A stretch of 64,000 bases of DNA, taken from NCBI RefSeq assembly GCF_963676685.1, contig NC_092349.1, forward strand, positions 75,842,473-75,906,472, in the 5' to 3' direction. Shown one piece after another: positions 1 through 11,040 of this stretch; position 1 is the stretch's first letter, and every line of letters starts with the position of its first letter. Source of the DNA: Mytilus edulis (lineage: Eukaryota). Both the position numbers and the translations under genes were made by a program. The notes below the pieces were generated by a model that was not told the DNA's origin, did no database searches, and was given only the letters and a program-made list of their open reading frames with translations.

Positions 1-388
1 CGTTTGGTCATAATATTTCCCATTTTCCATATCAATGCACTTATGTATCTTTTACTTTCATATTTTGGGGTTAATATATTCCTGACAAAAGGCACTTCTT
101 ATAAAATGCTATTTCATTTTCATTCACAGGTTTCCATTTATGGTTGTGTTTTGGATTTTCAAATGCTTCTTCTTTGTTGTGATATGTTTCTACAATGATA
201 TCTTACGAAGGATAACAGAAGTGACTTTATGAAAAATTACTTATATATTGTCTTTTTGATATGTTTAAATAACTTTTACCACCATATTCATTTAAAACTA
301 TTTATTTAATTTCAGCCGGTATTTGACAAATAGATGAATCCATGCTGTAAATGTTTTATTGTGTGAAAGGTACACTTGAACTGATACA

Positions 389-697
389 ATGACCGAATCT
401 AATTATCTTTATGTTGCTGCAATAGATTTTGGAACAACTTATTCTGGATATGCGTTTTCTTCCCGTACCGATTTCAAACGAGATCCACTAGAAATCCATG
501 CAAACCAGTCATGGAATGCTGGGAGTACACAACTTGCGTCGCTAAAAACCCCTACATGTCTGCTACTTGATAGTGACAAAAAGTTTGTTGCATTTGGATA
601 CGAAGCAGAAAACGAATATGCCGATTTAATTAGTGACCAACGTCATGGAGATTATTTCTACTTTTCCAGAATTAAGATGTACTTATATCAAAACAAG
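389..697 (+). CDS. HSP70 family 12 (HSPA12A/B-like) protein, coding exon 1 of 4 (start codon at 389)
   Basis: ORF MTESNYLYVAAIDFGTTYSGYAFS... carries the HSP70/actin-fold phosphate-1 motif (IDFGTT.SG.A). An in-frame TGA lies 12 nt upstream of the ATG. The exon ends at AAG|GTACAC (donor GT at 698). It is 309 nt, phase 0. Confidence 0.8.
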
Positions 698-2186
698 GTA
701 CACATATATATGATATCAAATCAAAATTATGTAATATATTATTTGCGATTTAGAACTTATTTTAAAATTTCCATCACAAGTTATTTGACAAAAATACCCA
801 ATGGCATTTAACTTTCTCAAAAAAAGCTGTCGAATTTATGTTCAGCGTTTTGACTAAAATTATCATAATTGATTTATAACAATGTAAAACATTTATTAAA
901 ACTATTAAAAGTCGATAACAAACAGTTAAGATTGCATGGGTTCGATAATATGTAGCTTCGTTTTGTGTGTATTTTAGTCTAGACGCTATCTAATTAACTA
1001 TCGACCTTCGAAGTTATCCGATGACCATATAAGCCATGTAATCATAAAGATAGGTATAAATAGATTAAGCGAACTCGTGCAATTGGATTTTTGTAGATTT
1101 AGTTTCCATTATAGATTGGAAATGTATATTTATGATCGTTTTTACCTGTATAAGAATGATTGTTTTGTGGATCTAATCAATTGATTAAATGATTTACCTT
1201 TGTTTCACTTTCAATATTGACATTCTTTTCCTTTAAATAACTTTACACGTACAATTCATGTGTTATCCATCTCTAGATAAGGGTTTGAATTGAAGTTCAC
1301 ATGAATACGGATTCAATCAGGTCATATTATACACCTACAAGGGAATAATTCATTATCAATGTTTCTTAGCTTACTTTGACAAACTTGGACCATACTGGCT
1401 GCTAAAGCGAATGATTATTTCACTATTTCACTTTCATTAATGATTGAAACAAAATCATATTTTAGATTTTTTATGTAATGTATCTCGTGGTTAGTGACCA
1501 TTCAAGCACGTAGTTTTCAAAATAAAGTTTACGACCTATGATGGAAATGAGTTACTTAAAACATATAACTTGCAAGTAACATTTAAAAGTTTGGGGGAAA
1601 AAATGAAAAAAATAGTTTGAATAATCACAACCGTCGTTTAGTTAATCGAAAAAAAACGATCGTTAAAAAAAGAATTGCGGTTAAATCGTGAAAAATCTGG
1701 TAGAGGATCGTGAAGGAAACCTTATCGGGGAAAACATGCAACGTCAATTAATAAAATAATTTAAAGAATTATAATGACAATTAAAAACCTACTGTTCCGA
1801 GAACAATCGAAGGTTAATCTATCCTTTGAATTTCAAAATCATTGCAAAGAAGTACTTCCGGTGTAATCAAAATTACTACTAGCTTTAATCAAATGATAGA
1901 TTTCTTATACAAATTCCAAACATTTATGATTTCTTTGTACTTCTGTCTGATGTAAGCGAGGCAAATGTCTACTTTTTGCCATGTCACTTCCTATCTCATA
2001 AGATAGCTTTTTCACATTGATGATATATGAGAAAATACCATTAATTTCGAGTTTTGTTCCATTATCATAATTATATATTTTCTCTATAAAATGTCAAAAT
2101 ATATATCTGAAACTCCGATTATGAATTATTTTGAATTAAAATAACCTTATTTTGTGTTGCTATCTAATGTTGCACATGTTTTGTAG

Positions 2187-2405
2187 AATTTATCGAAAGA
2201 TTTAATGATTGAAGATATTAGTGGCAAATCATTATTAGCTTTAGATGTCTTTTCCTTATCAATCAAAGCACTGAAAGATCATTTCATTGAAAGAGTTAAT
2301 AAACTGGTAAAAAATATCCAAATAGATGATATTCTGTGGGTACTAACAGTGCCAGCCATATGGGATGATAATGCAAAACTGTTTATGAGGACAAGTGCTG
2401 AACAG
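2187..2405 (+). CDS. HSPA12-like coding exon 2 of 4
   Basis: Acceptor catgttttgtag|AAT at 2181-2186. It translates in phase 0 to NLSKDLMIEDISGKSLLALDVFSLSIKALKDHFIERVNKLVKNIQIDDILWVLTVPAIWDDNAKLFMRTSAEQ, where VLTVPA.W matches the HSPA12 consensus. Donor CAG|GTATTT at 2406. Confidence 0.7.
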
Positions 2406-2600
2406 GTATTTGTTTGGTATACATATGTATTCGAGCATCTTTGCTAGCCAAGGGTTACGATCCACTCTACTCTATAGAGAAGAGGGGAGTGGATCGTCAC
2501 CCTTGGTTAGCGAAGATAGTATTAAAGGGGAAATTTAGTTTATTTTCAATATATATTTTGGAGTTAAGTATGACGTCCATTATCACTGAACTAGTACACA

Positions 2601-2760
2601 TGTTTGTTTAGGGGCCAGCTGAAGGCAGCTTCCGAGTGCTAGATTTCTTCGCTTTATTGCAGACCCATTGACGACCTTCGGCTGTTTTCTGCTCTTTGGT
2701 CGGGTTGTTGTCTCTTTGACACATTCCGTATTTCCATTCTCAATTTTATCAATAGTCCAA
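2601..2760 (+). repeat. Interspersed repeat family B (about 160 bp, SINE-like)
   Basis: TGTTTAGGGGCCAGCTGAAGGCAGCTTCCGAGTGC...GGTCGGGTTGTTGTCTCTTTGACACATTCCGTATTTCCATTCTCAATTTTAT is shared with 50585-50738 and, in reverse complement, 63396-63556. Confidence 0.8.
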
Positions 2761-3040
2761 TTGCACATTTTGGATGAATGTTCGTACCTACTCGTTACTC
2801 TTGTGGTATTTTACAATATTCAAATGAACGACCTCGTAATACTTGACCAAGGTTCATTTTATTTTTACAATGGATATGTAAAATTATGGTCCTTTTTTAA
2901 GATCGGTATGGCGTCATTACACTTAATCACTAGGCTGTGTACTTATACATATTATAGAGTGGAAAAGCATTAATCTATGTATAGTCAATGCTTGAATATT
3001 GAATTTATTCTGAGTTTGACACAAAACCAGGTTCAACCCA

Positions 3041-3280
3041 CTGTTTTTTCTTAAAATGTCCTATATCAAGTCAGGAATATGGCAGTTGTTATCTAATTGT
3101 TCGTTTCTATGTATGTTGCATTATCTTTTGTTTTTTATTGCACTTCAGTGTTCTGTTGTTTCGTTGAGTTCCTCTTATAGTTGATGTGTTTTTCTGTTTA
3201 AGTTTGTAGTCAAAACTTGTTTTCTCTCAATCAATTTATGACTTTTGAACAGTGGAGTACTACTGTTGCCTTTATTTATT
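3041..3280 (+). repeat. Interspersed repeat family G (about 235 bp), in HSPA12-like intron 2
   Basis: TTCTTAAAATGTCCTATATCAAGTCAGGAATATGGCAGTTGTTATC...TTGCACTTCAGTGTTCTGTTG...CCTCTTATAGTTGATGTGTTT...CAATCAATTTATGACTTTTGAACAGTGGAGTACTACTGTTGCCTTTATTTATT is collinear with 60221-60452. Confidence 0.8.
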
Positions 3281-3312
3281 ATAAAATTGTTTAAAGATAG
3301 GTATTATCACAG

Positions 3313-3466
3313 GCAGGTATACATCCAAACAAACTACGTATAGCCCTTGAACCGGAGGCAGCCTCAATTTACTGTCAAACGCTGCCTACTAAAAAAAGTG
3401 TTGATGCTGACTCTGAAATAGTTGTTGCTCCGGTAGGCACACAATATATAGTGGTTGACTTGGGAG
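3313..3466 (+). CDS. HSPA12-like coding exon 3 of 4
   Basis: Acceptor tattatcacag| at 3308-3312. It translates to AGIHPNKLRIALEPEAASIYCQTLPTKKSVDADSEIVVAPVGTQYIVVDLG(G), matching the HSP70 connect-1 (ALEPEAA) and phosphate-2 (VVDLGGGT) motifs. Donor G|GTAAGT at 3467. The exon ends in phase 1. Confidence 0.75.
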
Positions 3467-4439
3467 GTAAGTTATAGTTAGAAGTTAATCAAAATTTAAA
3501 AAAGCGTCTTATTTCCAATACTATATATGTATCAAATATATTCAAGCAAGTCAGTCCGTTATACATCTTATACATCGACAATATATTGTTTGCGTTCATT
3601 CGATTGATATATCAACAGCCAGTCAGTATTCCAAATTGGTTTTTATTGTGTACCTTTACTGGCTTCTTTGTTTGTAACTCATATGATGCACCATTCGTGC
3701 TTAAACTTTTCAAAGAAAATAAAAGAAAAAGCATCTAGCCATGTGTTTTTCAAATTTTCGTCAGATATATTGATTATAATCAAAATACCAAAATAATTGT
3801 TAGTATCACATATACCTATGTAAACAGGGTATAAAAGATACTACCAAAACTAGAATGGCTATGTCAAACATTGATTGTTACATAGAAATTGACACAGAAA
3901 GAGGACTTCAAACTAAAATTTTTGACAAACGTGATGACGTCAGCTTTAAAATTGCCAACTACCCATTTCCTAATATATCATATCTTCATTGTATGGCATT
4001 TATATATCTCATTGAAAACGTTACTCTCGAAGATTATTAGTTACATAGAGTGCTAATGACCTTATATGATATATATATGGGGTCAGTAAATTACACATGG
4101 GGCGAGAGCGAAGCTTAAATCTCCATTTCGAATTTACTAATCCCATATATATCGTATTAGTTCACTAACACACTTTGTAACGAATTTATCTTACCGACTA
4201 TCTTTAGTGGTATTTAGACGAGTGATCTATTAAAGTGATTAACTCTTCGATACCGTTAGTATTAATAACCTACTTCCATTAGTCGATACAAAAACAAATG
4301 TCAATTAAAAACCAATTGTTCAGAGAACAATTGAAGGTCTTTCCACCAGTTAATATCTATTTTGATATTAAAATATAAAAAATCGGTCTAAAAGGTCAGT
4401 TCATATGGCTTTATGATGTATAGATATGAATTTAAAGCA

Positions 4440-4550
4440 AAGGTCAAAATCTAGAACGTCAAATTAACTTATGACATTGACCTCAATTTCAAGGTCACAA
4501 ACTGAGGATTTCAAATCAAAAGACCCTAGTCTCTAATATGTATGGTTAAT
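4440..4550. repeat. Short repeat related to the AGGTCA satellite (paired with 4743..4840)
   Basis: Shares GACCTCAA.TTCAAGGTCAC...TCAAATCAAAAGA(C/T)CCTAG.TCTCTA with 4743-4840. It lies in HSPA12-like intron 3. Confidence 0.5.
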
Positions 4551-4742
4551 AAGTTATATCACTTTAAACATAATTTAAGATATGATAGGGGCTAAAACTC
4601 CCATTCATTGTTTACGCACCCTTTCAACTAAAATTATTTAGTTACCACATGTCGCAACTATCAATTTATACAAAATAATTTGTCGATATCTTATAAGGTT
4701 AATGAAAATGAGTGAAAATAAGACAAATTCAAAAATTAGAAT

Positions 4743-4840
4743 ATGACCTTGACCTTTGACCTTGACCTAATTTTCATTTTTTTTCGACCAAGGACCTCAA
4801 ATCAAAAGATCCTAGGTCTCTATCACTTATGGTGTTCCAG
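4743..4840. repeat. Second copy of the short repeat; begins with (TGACCT)x4, i.e. four AGGTCA half-sites on the opposite strand
   Basis: TGACCTTGACCTTTGACCTTGACCT at 4746-4770, then the block shared with 4440-4550. Confidence 0.5.
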
Positions 4841-5969
4841 TTTAAAATACATTTCAAAATTTCAAATACAAAAAGGGATATAACTCTCATATGAAGCGTT
4901 CATATTGCTTCGGTCGAAATTGGACAAATCATGCGAAGGATATAACGAGCAATTTTATAAAATAAATTTGTCGTAATCTTTTACAGTTGCGAAGGAGTTG
5001 TGGACACAAGGAAAACAGTGTTTGGGGAGATAACTCCTACAAAGAAAAGTATTCGGTTACGCAGGGTAAATTTCTAAAGCGCATAAACTGTTCGATATCA
5101 TATACCAAATATCTAAGCGACATATTGCGAAACAAACGTTTATCGCAAGAACAAAATTTGGCGGAAGAAAAAAAAATAATAATCAGAAGAAAAACAATAG
5201 GTCTTTCCACAGAAAAGTGTAAAGACCTAATTATAACAACTTGTTAGCTTTATGTGTTTTGTTAATTTATTTCAATTGTTTACCATCATGATTGCATTGT
5301 CTGTTGAAACCTTTAAAGCTTTCCCCTCAATACCGTGTTTTTATAAGGGGATGTAACACCACTACTTACCGTGTATTGAAATAAACCCCACCTTCCTACT
5401 TACCTTATATGAAATATACACGGACTCCACGCGGTTGCTTTTAATCAATCATATTCCAGGAAATGGTTAGTAGGACAAAATTCGTTACAGGCTTTATTAC
5501 AGTTACGATTATAAGGCACCATAGCAAGAGGTGAATTCTCCAAGTTTAATTGAAGTAAACATGTCACAGTTTGCACAGTGGTATTTTAGGTAAACACGAA
5601 CAAATTTCAACGGAAATAATTTCTATATTTTGCTACTGGATTAACATGACTAACATCAACACTTGTGTTTAGTAGCATATGGTTTTTCATTTGAGGAATA
5701 AGGATGGAAGCTACTGACAGCTAATGACATTTATTGAAATCAAACAATATATTTCTATTGCTTTTGTTGAAATTCTAATTATTAAAAATTAGAGCATGGA
5801 GTAGAGCTTTGTCAAATGATGTCATGGAGAATATTTCTTGTTGAATTAAAAACTGCGTTCGAGTACTTATAACATAAGCTCTTGTAAGCAATATGTTTTC
5901 TTACTGTTCAGTATTACAACGCCATTGTTTGCAAACTTTGCAATAAAACTGGAAAAATGAAAAAATAAA

Positions 5970-6165
5970 AGAATATGTGGTATGATTGCTAATGAGACAA
6001 CTCTCCACAAGAGACCAAAATGACACAGAAATTAACAACTATAGGTCACGGTACGGCCTTCAACAATGAGCACAACCCTTACCGCATAGTCAGCTATTAA
6101 AAGCCCCGAAATGACAATGTAAAACCATTCAAACGAGAAAACTGGCGGCCTTATTTATGTAAAAA
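5970..6165 (+). repeat. Family C 5'-fragment (in HSPA12-like intron 3)
   Basis: GAATATGTGGTATGATTGCTAATGAGACAACTCTCCACAAGAGACCAAAATGACACAGAAATTAACAACTATAGGTCACGGTACGGCCTTCAACAATGAGCAC... Confidence 0.85.
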
Positions 6166-6399
6166 CCCATTTGTTCGCAATTTTTACAGGTGAAAAAGAA
6201 ACATACAATTGTGCTTTATTTAATGTCTTTCGAATTCATATGCTTGAAGGAATGTTATTGCGTAAAATGAAACTGTTAAACATATCATTTTGGTTTGGAT
6301 AATGATTTCAGATCTGAGAAAGCTGAGATCAAGTCATTGTAAAATGATTAAAATGTGTACATATATTCAATGTGATATTTATAACTTAAAAAATTTTAG

Positions 6400-7448
6400 G
6401 TGGCACAGCTGATATAACAGTTCATGAAAAAATCAATAATGGAAGACTAAAAGAAATATATTTTGCCTCCGGTAGTAAGTGTGGGGGAACATCAGTAGAT
6501 GCTGAGTTTTTCAATTTGATGGAGAAAATCACCAATCCAGCAATAATGAATGCATTAAAAGGAGAACATCTTGCTAATTACCTTGATCTATCGAGAGAGT
6601 TTGAAACTAAGAAGAGATCAATTAAACCTAATACCACTGGGCGAATAAATATGAAAATACCTAATGCATTGAATCTTGTTTGTAAGGAACAATTGGGACA
6701 AACTTTAAAATCCGTTATTGAGTCTTCAGACTTTTCATCAAAAGTGTCACTAAAAGGAGACAAAATAAGATTTGAATTTAGTCTATTCACATCTTTATTT
6801 CAGTTAACAATTGATTCTCTGATTAAACTTATGCTAGACATTCTTTCTGAGAAATGTTGCGATGGAATAACTCAAATTCTTTTGGTTGGAGGTTTTTCAC
6901 AATGCATGCTTGTTCAAAAGGCAGTAAAAGATACCTTTCCCAAACTTACAGTTATCGTGCCAAAGGACTGTGATTTAGCCGTTATGCAAGGCGCAGTAAT
7001 GTTTGGTCACCAACCAAATATCATAGCTCACAGAATAGCGAGGTGTACATATGGGTTTAGGAAGAAAAAAACATTTGACCCTGCAATTCATGATCAGAAC
7101 CACCTTGAAATAGTAAATGGTGAAGCCAAGTGTATTGGTCTATTCGATGCATTTCTTAAGCGTAAGCAACCCATTCAACCAGGCAAAATTTTTAAGACAA
7201 TGGCTATAAGTCGACCAAGTGAAGGCGGAGAATTCAAGTTGCATATTTTCAAAACAGAAAAAGAAAATCCCATGTATACGGATGAAGAAGGGTGTTCCGA
7301 ATTGGGAGTAATCAAAGTTGAAAAACCAAATCCAACGATTACTGAAAACATAAAAGTACAAGTGGTTTTAGGGGAAACAGAAATACAAGTAAAAATTTCC
7401 GGAACTGAACTGGGTAAGAATCACAACGTTACGATTGAAATGATATAA
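6400..7448 (+). CDS. HSPA12-like coding exon 4 of 4 (terminal, stop TAA 7446-7448)
   Basis: Acceptor aaattttag|GT at 6394-6399. The phase-1 junction recreates DLGG-GTADITVHE. A 310-aa ORF (6516..7448) continues upstream to the acceptor without a stop, and contains the LLVGGFSQCMLVQKAV adenosine-binding motif typical of HSP70/HSPA12. Confidence 0.85.
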
Positions 7449-7647
7449 GAAAATAAATCAGTCGTTTGAATGAAATCAAAATTCCACTTTCATTTGATTA
7501 CTTATTATAAAACTTAATTATTTGTGTTTTTGAAGAAAATATTTACATACGAATTTATTTCAGAATCGAAAGAAATTCATTGAAATCTTTATTTATACGT
7601 ATACATACTAGTGGATAGCTTATATCAATCATATTTGAATCACTATA

Positions 7648-8282
7648 AAGGTGGCACGGTAGTATTTCTTGGCCCATAAGGGATACTAATAGCTTTTTTA
7701 TAATTTTCACCACTTTCTAACACTGCAAAAAATTCTACATTCGCAGTTAACTGAAGTACTTTCATTTTACTTATCATTCCGGAGCACCTGAGATCACCCC
7801 TAGTTTTTGATGGGGTTCGTGTTGTTTATTCTTTAGTTTTCTATGTTGTGTCATATGTACTATTGTTTTTCTGTTTGTCTTTTTCATTTTTAGCTATGGC
7901 GTTGTCAGTTTGTTTTAGATTTATGAGTTTGACTGTCCCTTTGGTATCTTTCGTCCCTCTTTTACTATTCAGAAATGAATTTGAATGTGTATCATGACCG
8001 TTTACTTATTTTGCTGTTTTGAAAACCTGAGGCCACTAGTGCTTATATGTCTTTTATTATGCAGTGAATACACAATTTAAAAAAATTCTCAAAAATTCAT
8101 TTTCATCTGTTTGTAAAATTATTTCATATTTTTCAACACCTGATTCATTCCTCAGTTTGGGAAAGTGTGTACAGTTGATACTGTATTTTTTGTCCCATCA
8201 CACTGTTCAGATACATTGGCTTAGGTAGGGTACACAAAAGAGCAACCTAAATTCTGGAATGCAAATACTACCGTGCCACCTT
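7648..8282. mobile_element. MITE-like element with perfect 20-bp terminal inverted repeats and a nested family-A fragment
   Basis: AAGGTGGCACGGTAGTATTT at 7648-7667 is the exact reverse complement of 8263-8282. The family-A fragment 7776-7964 lies inside. The target-site duplication is ambiguous (A or TA). Confidence 0.6.
7776..7964 (+). repeat. Interspersed repeat family A (about 260 bp SINE/MITE-like), 5'-truncated copy
   Basis: CCGGAGCACCTGAGATCACCCCTAGTTTTTGATGGGGTTCGTGTTGTTTATTC...GCGTTGTCAGTTTGTTTTAGATTTATGAGTTTGACTGTCCCTTTGGTATCTTTCGTCCCTCTTTT is nearly identical to 21320-21578. Confidence 0.85.
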
Positions 8283-8764
8283 AAACTGGTAATTCCAAAA
8301 CAGGAAGAGATATCAATACAATAATAGTAAATTCATAACGGAAAGTGTGAACTATGTCCGTAAACTTTTTCTTTCCAAACAAGCTAGATAATACATTTCG
8401 ATAAATAAGAATTTCATATATACTTATTTATTTACGATTAAAAATGAAATATTTATAATATAATATGAATTGTAATGTATTATTGATAAACAGAGAGAAA
8501 TCCTTGATTTCTTGTAAAGATAATTTGACCCTTCACTAGAATGCTCTACTAGTGAGTAAATTGTTAACAGCATGCAATATATTATTGAATAAAAAAACAA
8601 ATTTTTGGGTTTTTGAGCAAATAATTTTAAAAAGAGGCGAAAGATATTTAAGGAATGTTCAAACTCATAATTCAAAAAACATACTGTCAATGTCATGGCC
8701 TAAAGCGAAATAGACCAAAAAACAAACATAAGAACACAATACACAGCACAGAAACCAAATACGG

Positions 8765-8920
8765 AGCCATATGAACCCCACCAAAAACCTCTGGTGATCT
8801 CGGGTGCTCCGTAAGAGTAGGAAAATTCTACTCTAAATGTGGCATCCGTTGGGTTGCTCGCTTTTCAAATTCACGTCATTGGGGTTCGTGTTGTTTATTC
8901 TTTAGTTTTCTATGTTGGAT
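8765..8920. repeat. Family A, rearranged: a 5'-part in - orientation (8765-8868) abutting a + orientation fragment (8880-8918)
   Basis: GAACCCCACCAAAAACCTCTGGTGATCTCGGGTGCTCCG is the reverse complement of the family-A 5' region. It is followed by GGGGTTCGTGTTGTTTATTCTTTAGTTTTCTATGTTG in + orientation. Confidence 0.6.
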
Positions 8921-9000
8921 ACGTGAATGTTATTACTTCAAAATAGATTTATTACCATTTAACTTTTTCATAATGATTATTGCTATTCAAATTATGTCAA

Positions 9001-9034
9001 GAGAGATGTGAGAGAGATGTGAGAGAGATGTGAG
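9001..9034. repeat. Microsatellite (GAGAGATGTGA)x3
   Basis: GAGAGATGTGAGAGAGATGTGAGAGAGATGTGAG. Confidence 0.9.
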
Positions 9035-9299
9035 TTGAAACCATAACGGCAAGTAAATATATTATTTTTATTCGTCCTAATTTCCAGTGTAACATTTTTA
9101 CTATTTTAATTTGCAATGGTTGTGTCTTTCGTCTATATTAAATACTATGCATCGTTTGTCTATAAAAGTACAACGTACATGTTCGGTTTAGTATTCCGGT
9201 TTGGATGATTTAAATATAACAATGATTATATACATTTTTCATAAGAAATTGTAAATAAAGGCAACAGTTGTATACCGCTGTTCGAAATTCATAAATCGA

Positions 9300-9550
9300 T
9301 TGAGAGAAAACAAATCCGTGTTACAAAAGAAAACTCAGGGAAACACATCAATTATTAGAGGAAAATGACGAAACCACAGAAAAATTTAAGTGCAACAAAA
9401 AACCAAAAAACGAAACGACAATGTACAACACGCAGAAACGAACTTTAAGATATCCATTGCCAGTTTCCTGACTTGGTACAGGACATTTTAAGAACAAGAT
9501 AGTGGGTTGAATCTAGTTTTATAGCTAGCCAAACCTGCCGCTTTATTACA
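9300..9550 (+). repeat. Family D (related to the family C 3' region)
   Basis: ...CCATTGCCAGTTTCCTGACTTGGTACAGGACATTTTAAGAACAAGATAGTGGGTTGAATCTAGTTTTATAGCTAGCC resembles 32100-32255 and the GGCTCCTGACTTGGGACAGGCACA segment of family C. Confidence 0.55.
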
Positions 9551-10004
9551 ATGTTAAATATAACACTAACATTACAACATTACATGACAGAACTACAATA
9601 CAAATAAATGGAAAAATATTCAGGACAGAGAAAGACACAAACAAACAAATTACAATAGAACATTACGACATCCTACACTATGCGGGATGCAGTTTCACGC
9701 CTAGTTTCTTAATAATTTGTGTATTATAAACAAAGACCATCTGCGATGTCGACCCAGTGATGAAAAAAGAATTAAGTAGTCAATAAGCATAAATACAGTG
9801 GAAAATGTTAATATATTCATCTTGAATTTTATATATAAGCAGTGAAAGTAATTGTATATAACTCAATGGTCGATATTACATCAGTTGCAAAATGTGGTAT
9901 ATAAAAACGCAATAATAAGTGAGAAGTTCTCTTTTTGGCGATGATATCTATACACTACTGATCATCACAAATGTTCTTACTATGAACAAAACGAAGTTCC
10001 CTGT

Positions 10005-10075
10005 AGTGAACCAAGATCTGCTTACACTTCCAGGGCATTTGAAATCACCCCTCGTTTTGGGCGGATTTCTTAATG
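10005..10075 (+). repeat. Family A 5' fragment
   Basis: GATCTGCTTACACTTCCAGGGCATTTGAAATCACCCCTCGTTTTGGGCGGATTTCTT matches the family-A head. It explains ORF 9919-10131. Confidence 0.6.
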
Positions 10076-10781
10076 AAAAGTTATGTGCGTTGTGTTTTCT
10101 TTTTTCGTCTTTTTCTAAATTTTGCTTATGACCTATGCGATGTATTTGGCAAAACCTCGCTGAATGTTGTGGTCCCCGATGGTCCCAAAATACATACTTT
10201 ATTATGCTTCTTTAATTTCTTTATTCGATTATATTAATAAGTTTTTATTAAAGTAGAAATGTACATCTGACATTAGAAATTTTCTTTAAAGTTTTATTGT
10301 GAGATTTCCGTTACATTTATGCAGGTACGTACGTTTACAATGAACAGCACATGGAATATACAATTTTCAGTTAAAATTTTCAACTTGTGTCTTTTCTTTC
10401 GTGATTCGTTTTCTACAGAGTGTTTCTACCTTCAAGGAATCTTTTCAACCAAAGATCCCTCTTTGTAAAGTTGTACCTAACCTCTTTGGAATTTTATGGA
10501 AGCCATTGTAATTTAGTTGACATTGTGTAATACATTCGTCATTATTACTACAGATAATTTGAGTTAACTAATCGCTAAATAAAATAATTATTTTATTCTT
10601 TGATGGAACAATATTGCCAATCAAATTTTGGTTTCAATTGCCAGACTTTGAAATTATCAGTCAATTTGGAAAAAAATGATACATGTCCAAAACAAAACCC
10701 CGATCTAACTTTCCCTTTTTTAAGTTAAAGAATGTTGGTCTTTTGTTCGTGTGTGTCTGATAATTCGAGAAATCTCTAGAT

Positions 10782-11040
10782 AAAAGAGGGAAGAAAGATA
10801 CAAGAGGGACAGTCAAACTCATAAATCGAAAATAAACTGACAACGCCATGGCTAAAAATGAAAAGGACAAACAGACAAACAATAATACACATGACACATC
10901 ATAGAAAACTAAAGACTAAGCAACACGAACCCCACCAAAAACTAGGGGAAATCTCACGTGCTCCTGAAGGGTAAGCAGATCCTGCTCCACATGTGGCACC
11001 CGTCGTGTTGCTTATGTTATAACAAATCCGGTAAATAGTC
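10782..11040 (-). repeat. Family A full-length copy (about 259 bp)
   Basis: Reverse complement of the 21320-21578 copy, from AAAAGAGGGAAGAAAGATACAAGAGGGACAGTCAAACTCATAAATC to CCGGTAAATAGTC. Confidence 0.85.

Noticed and set aside
2668-2973. ORF of 101 aa (+), and similar ORFs at 50653..50835 and 63304..63486
   Set aside because: All three read through copies of interspersed repeat family B (GGGTTGTTGTCTCTTTGACAC...). The shared peptide RVVVSLTHSVFPFSIL is a repeat artefact, not a gene.
6578-7361. Antisense ORFs (70 aa and 73 aa, - strand) overlapping HSPA12-like exon 4
   Set aside because: They are shadow ORFs on the opposite strand of a well-supported coding exon.
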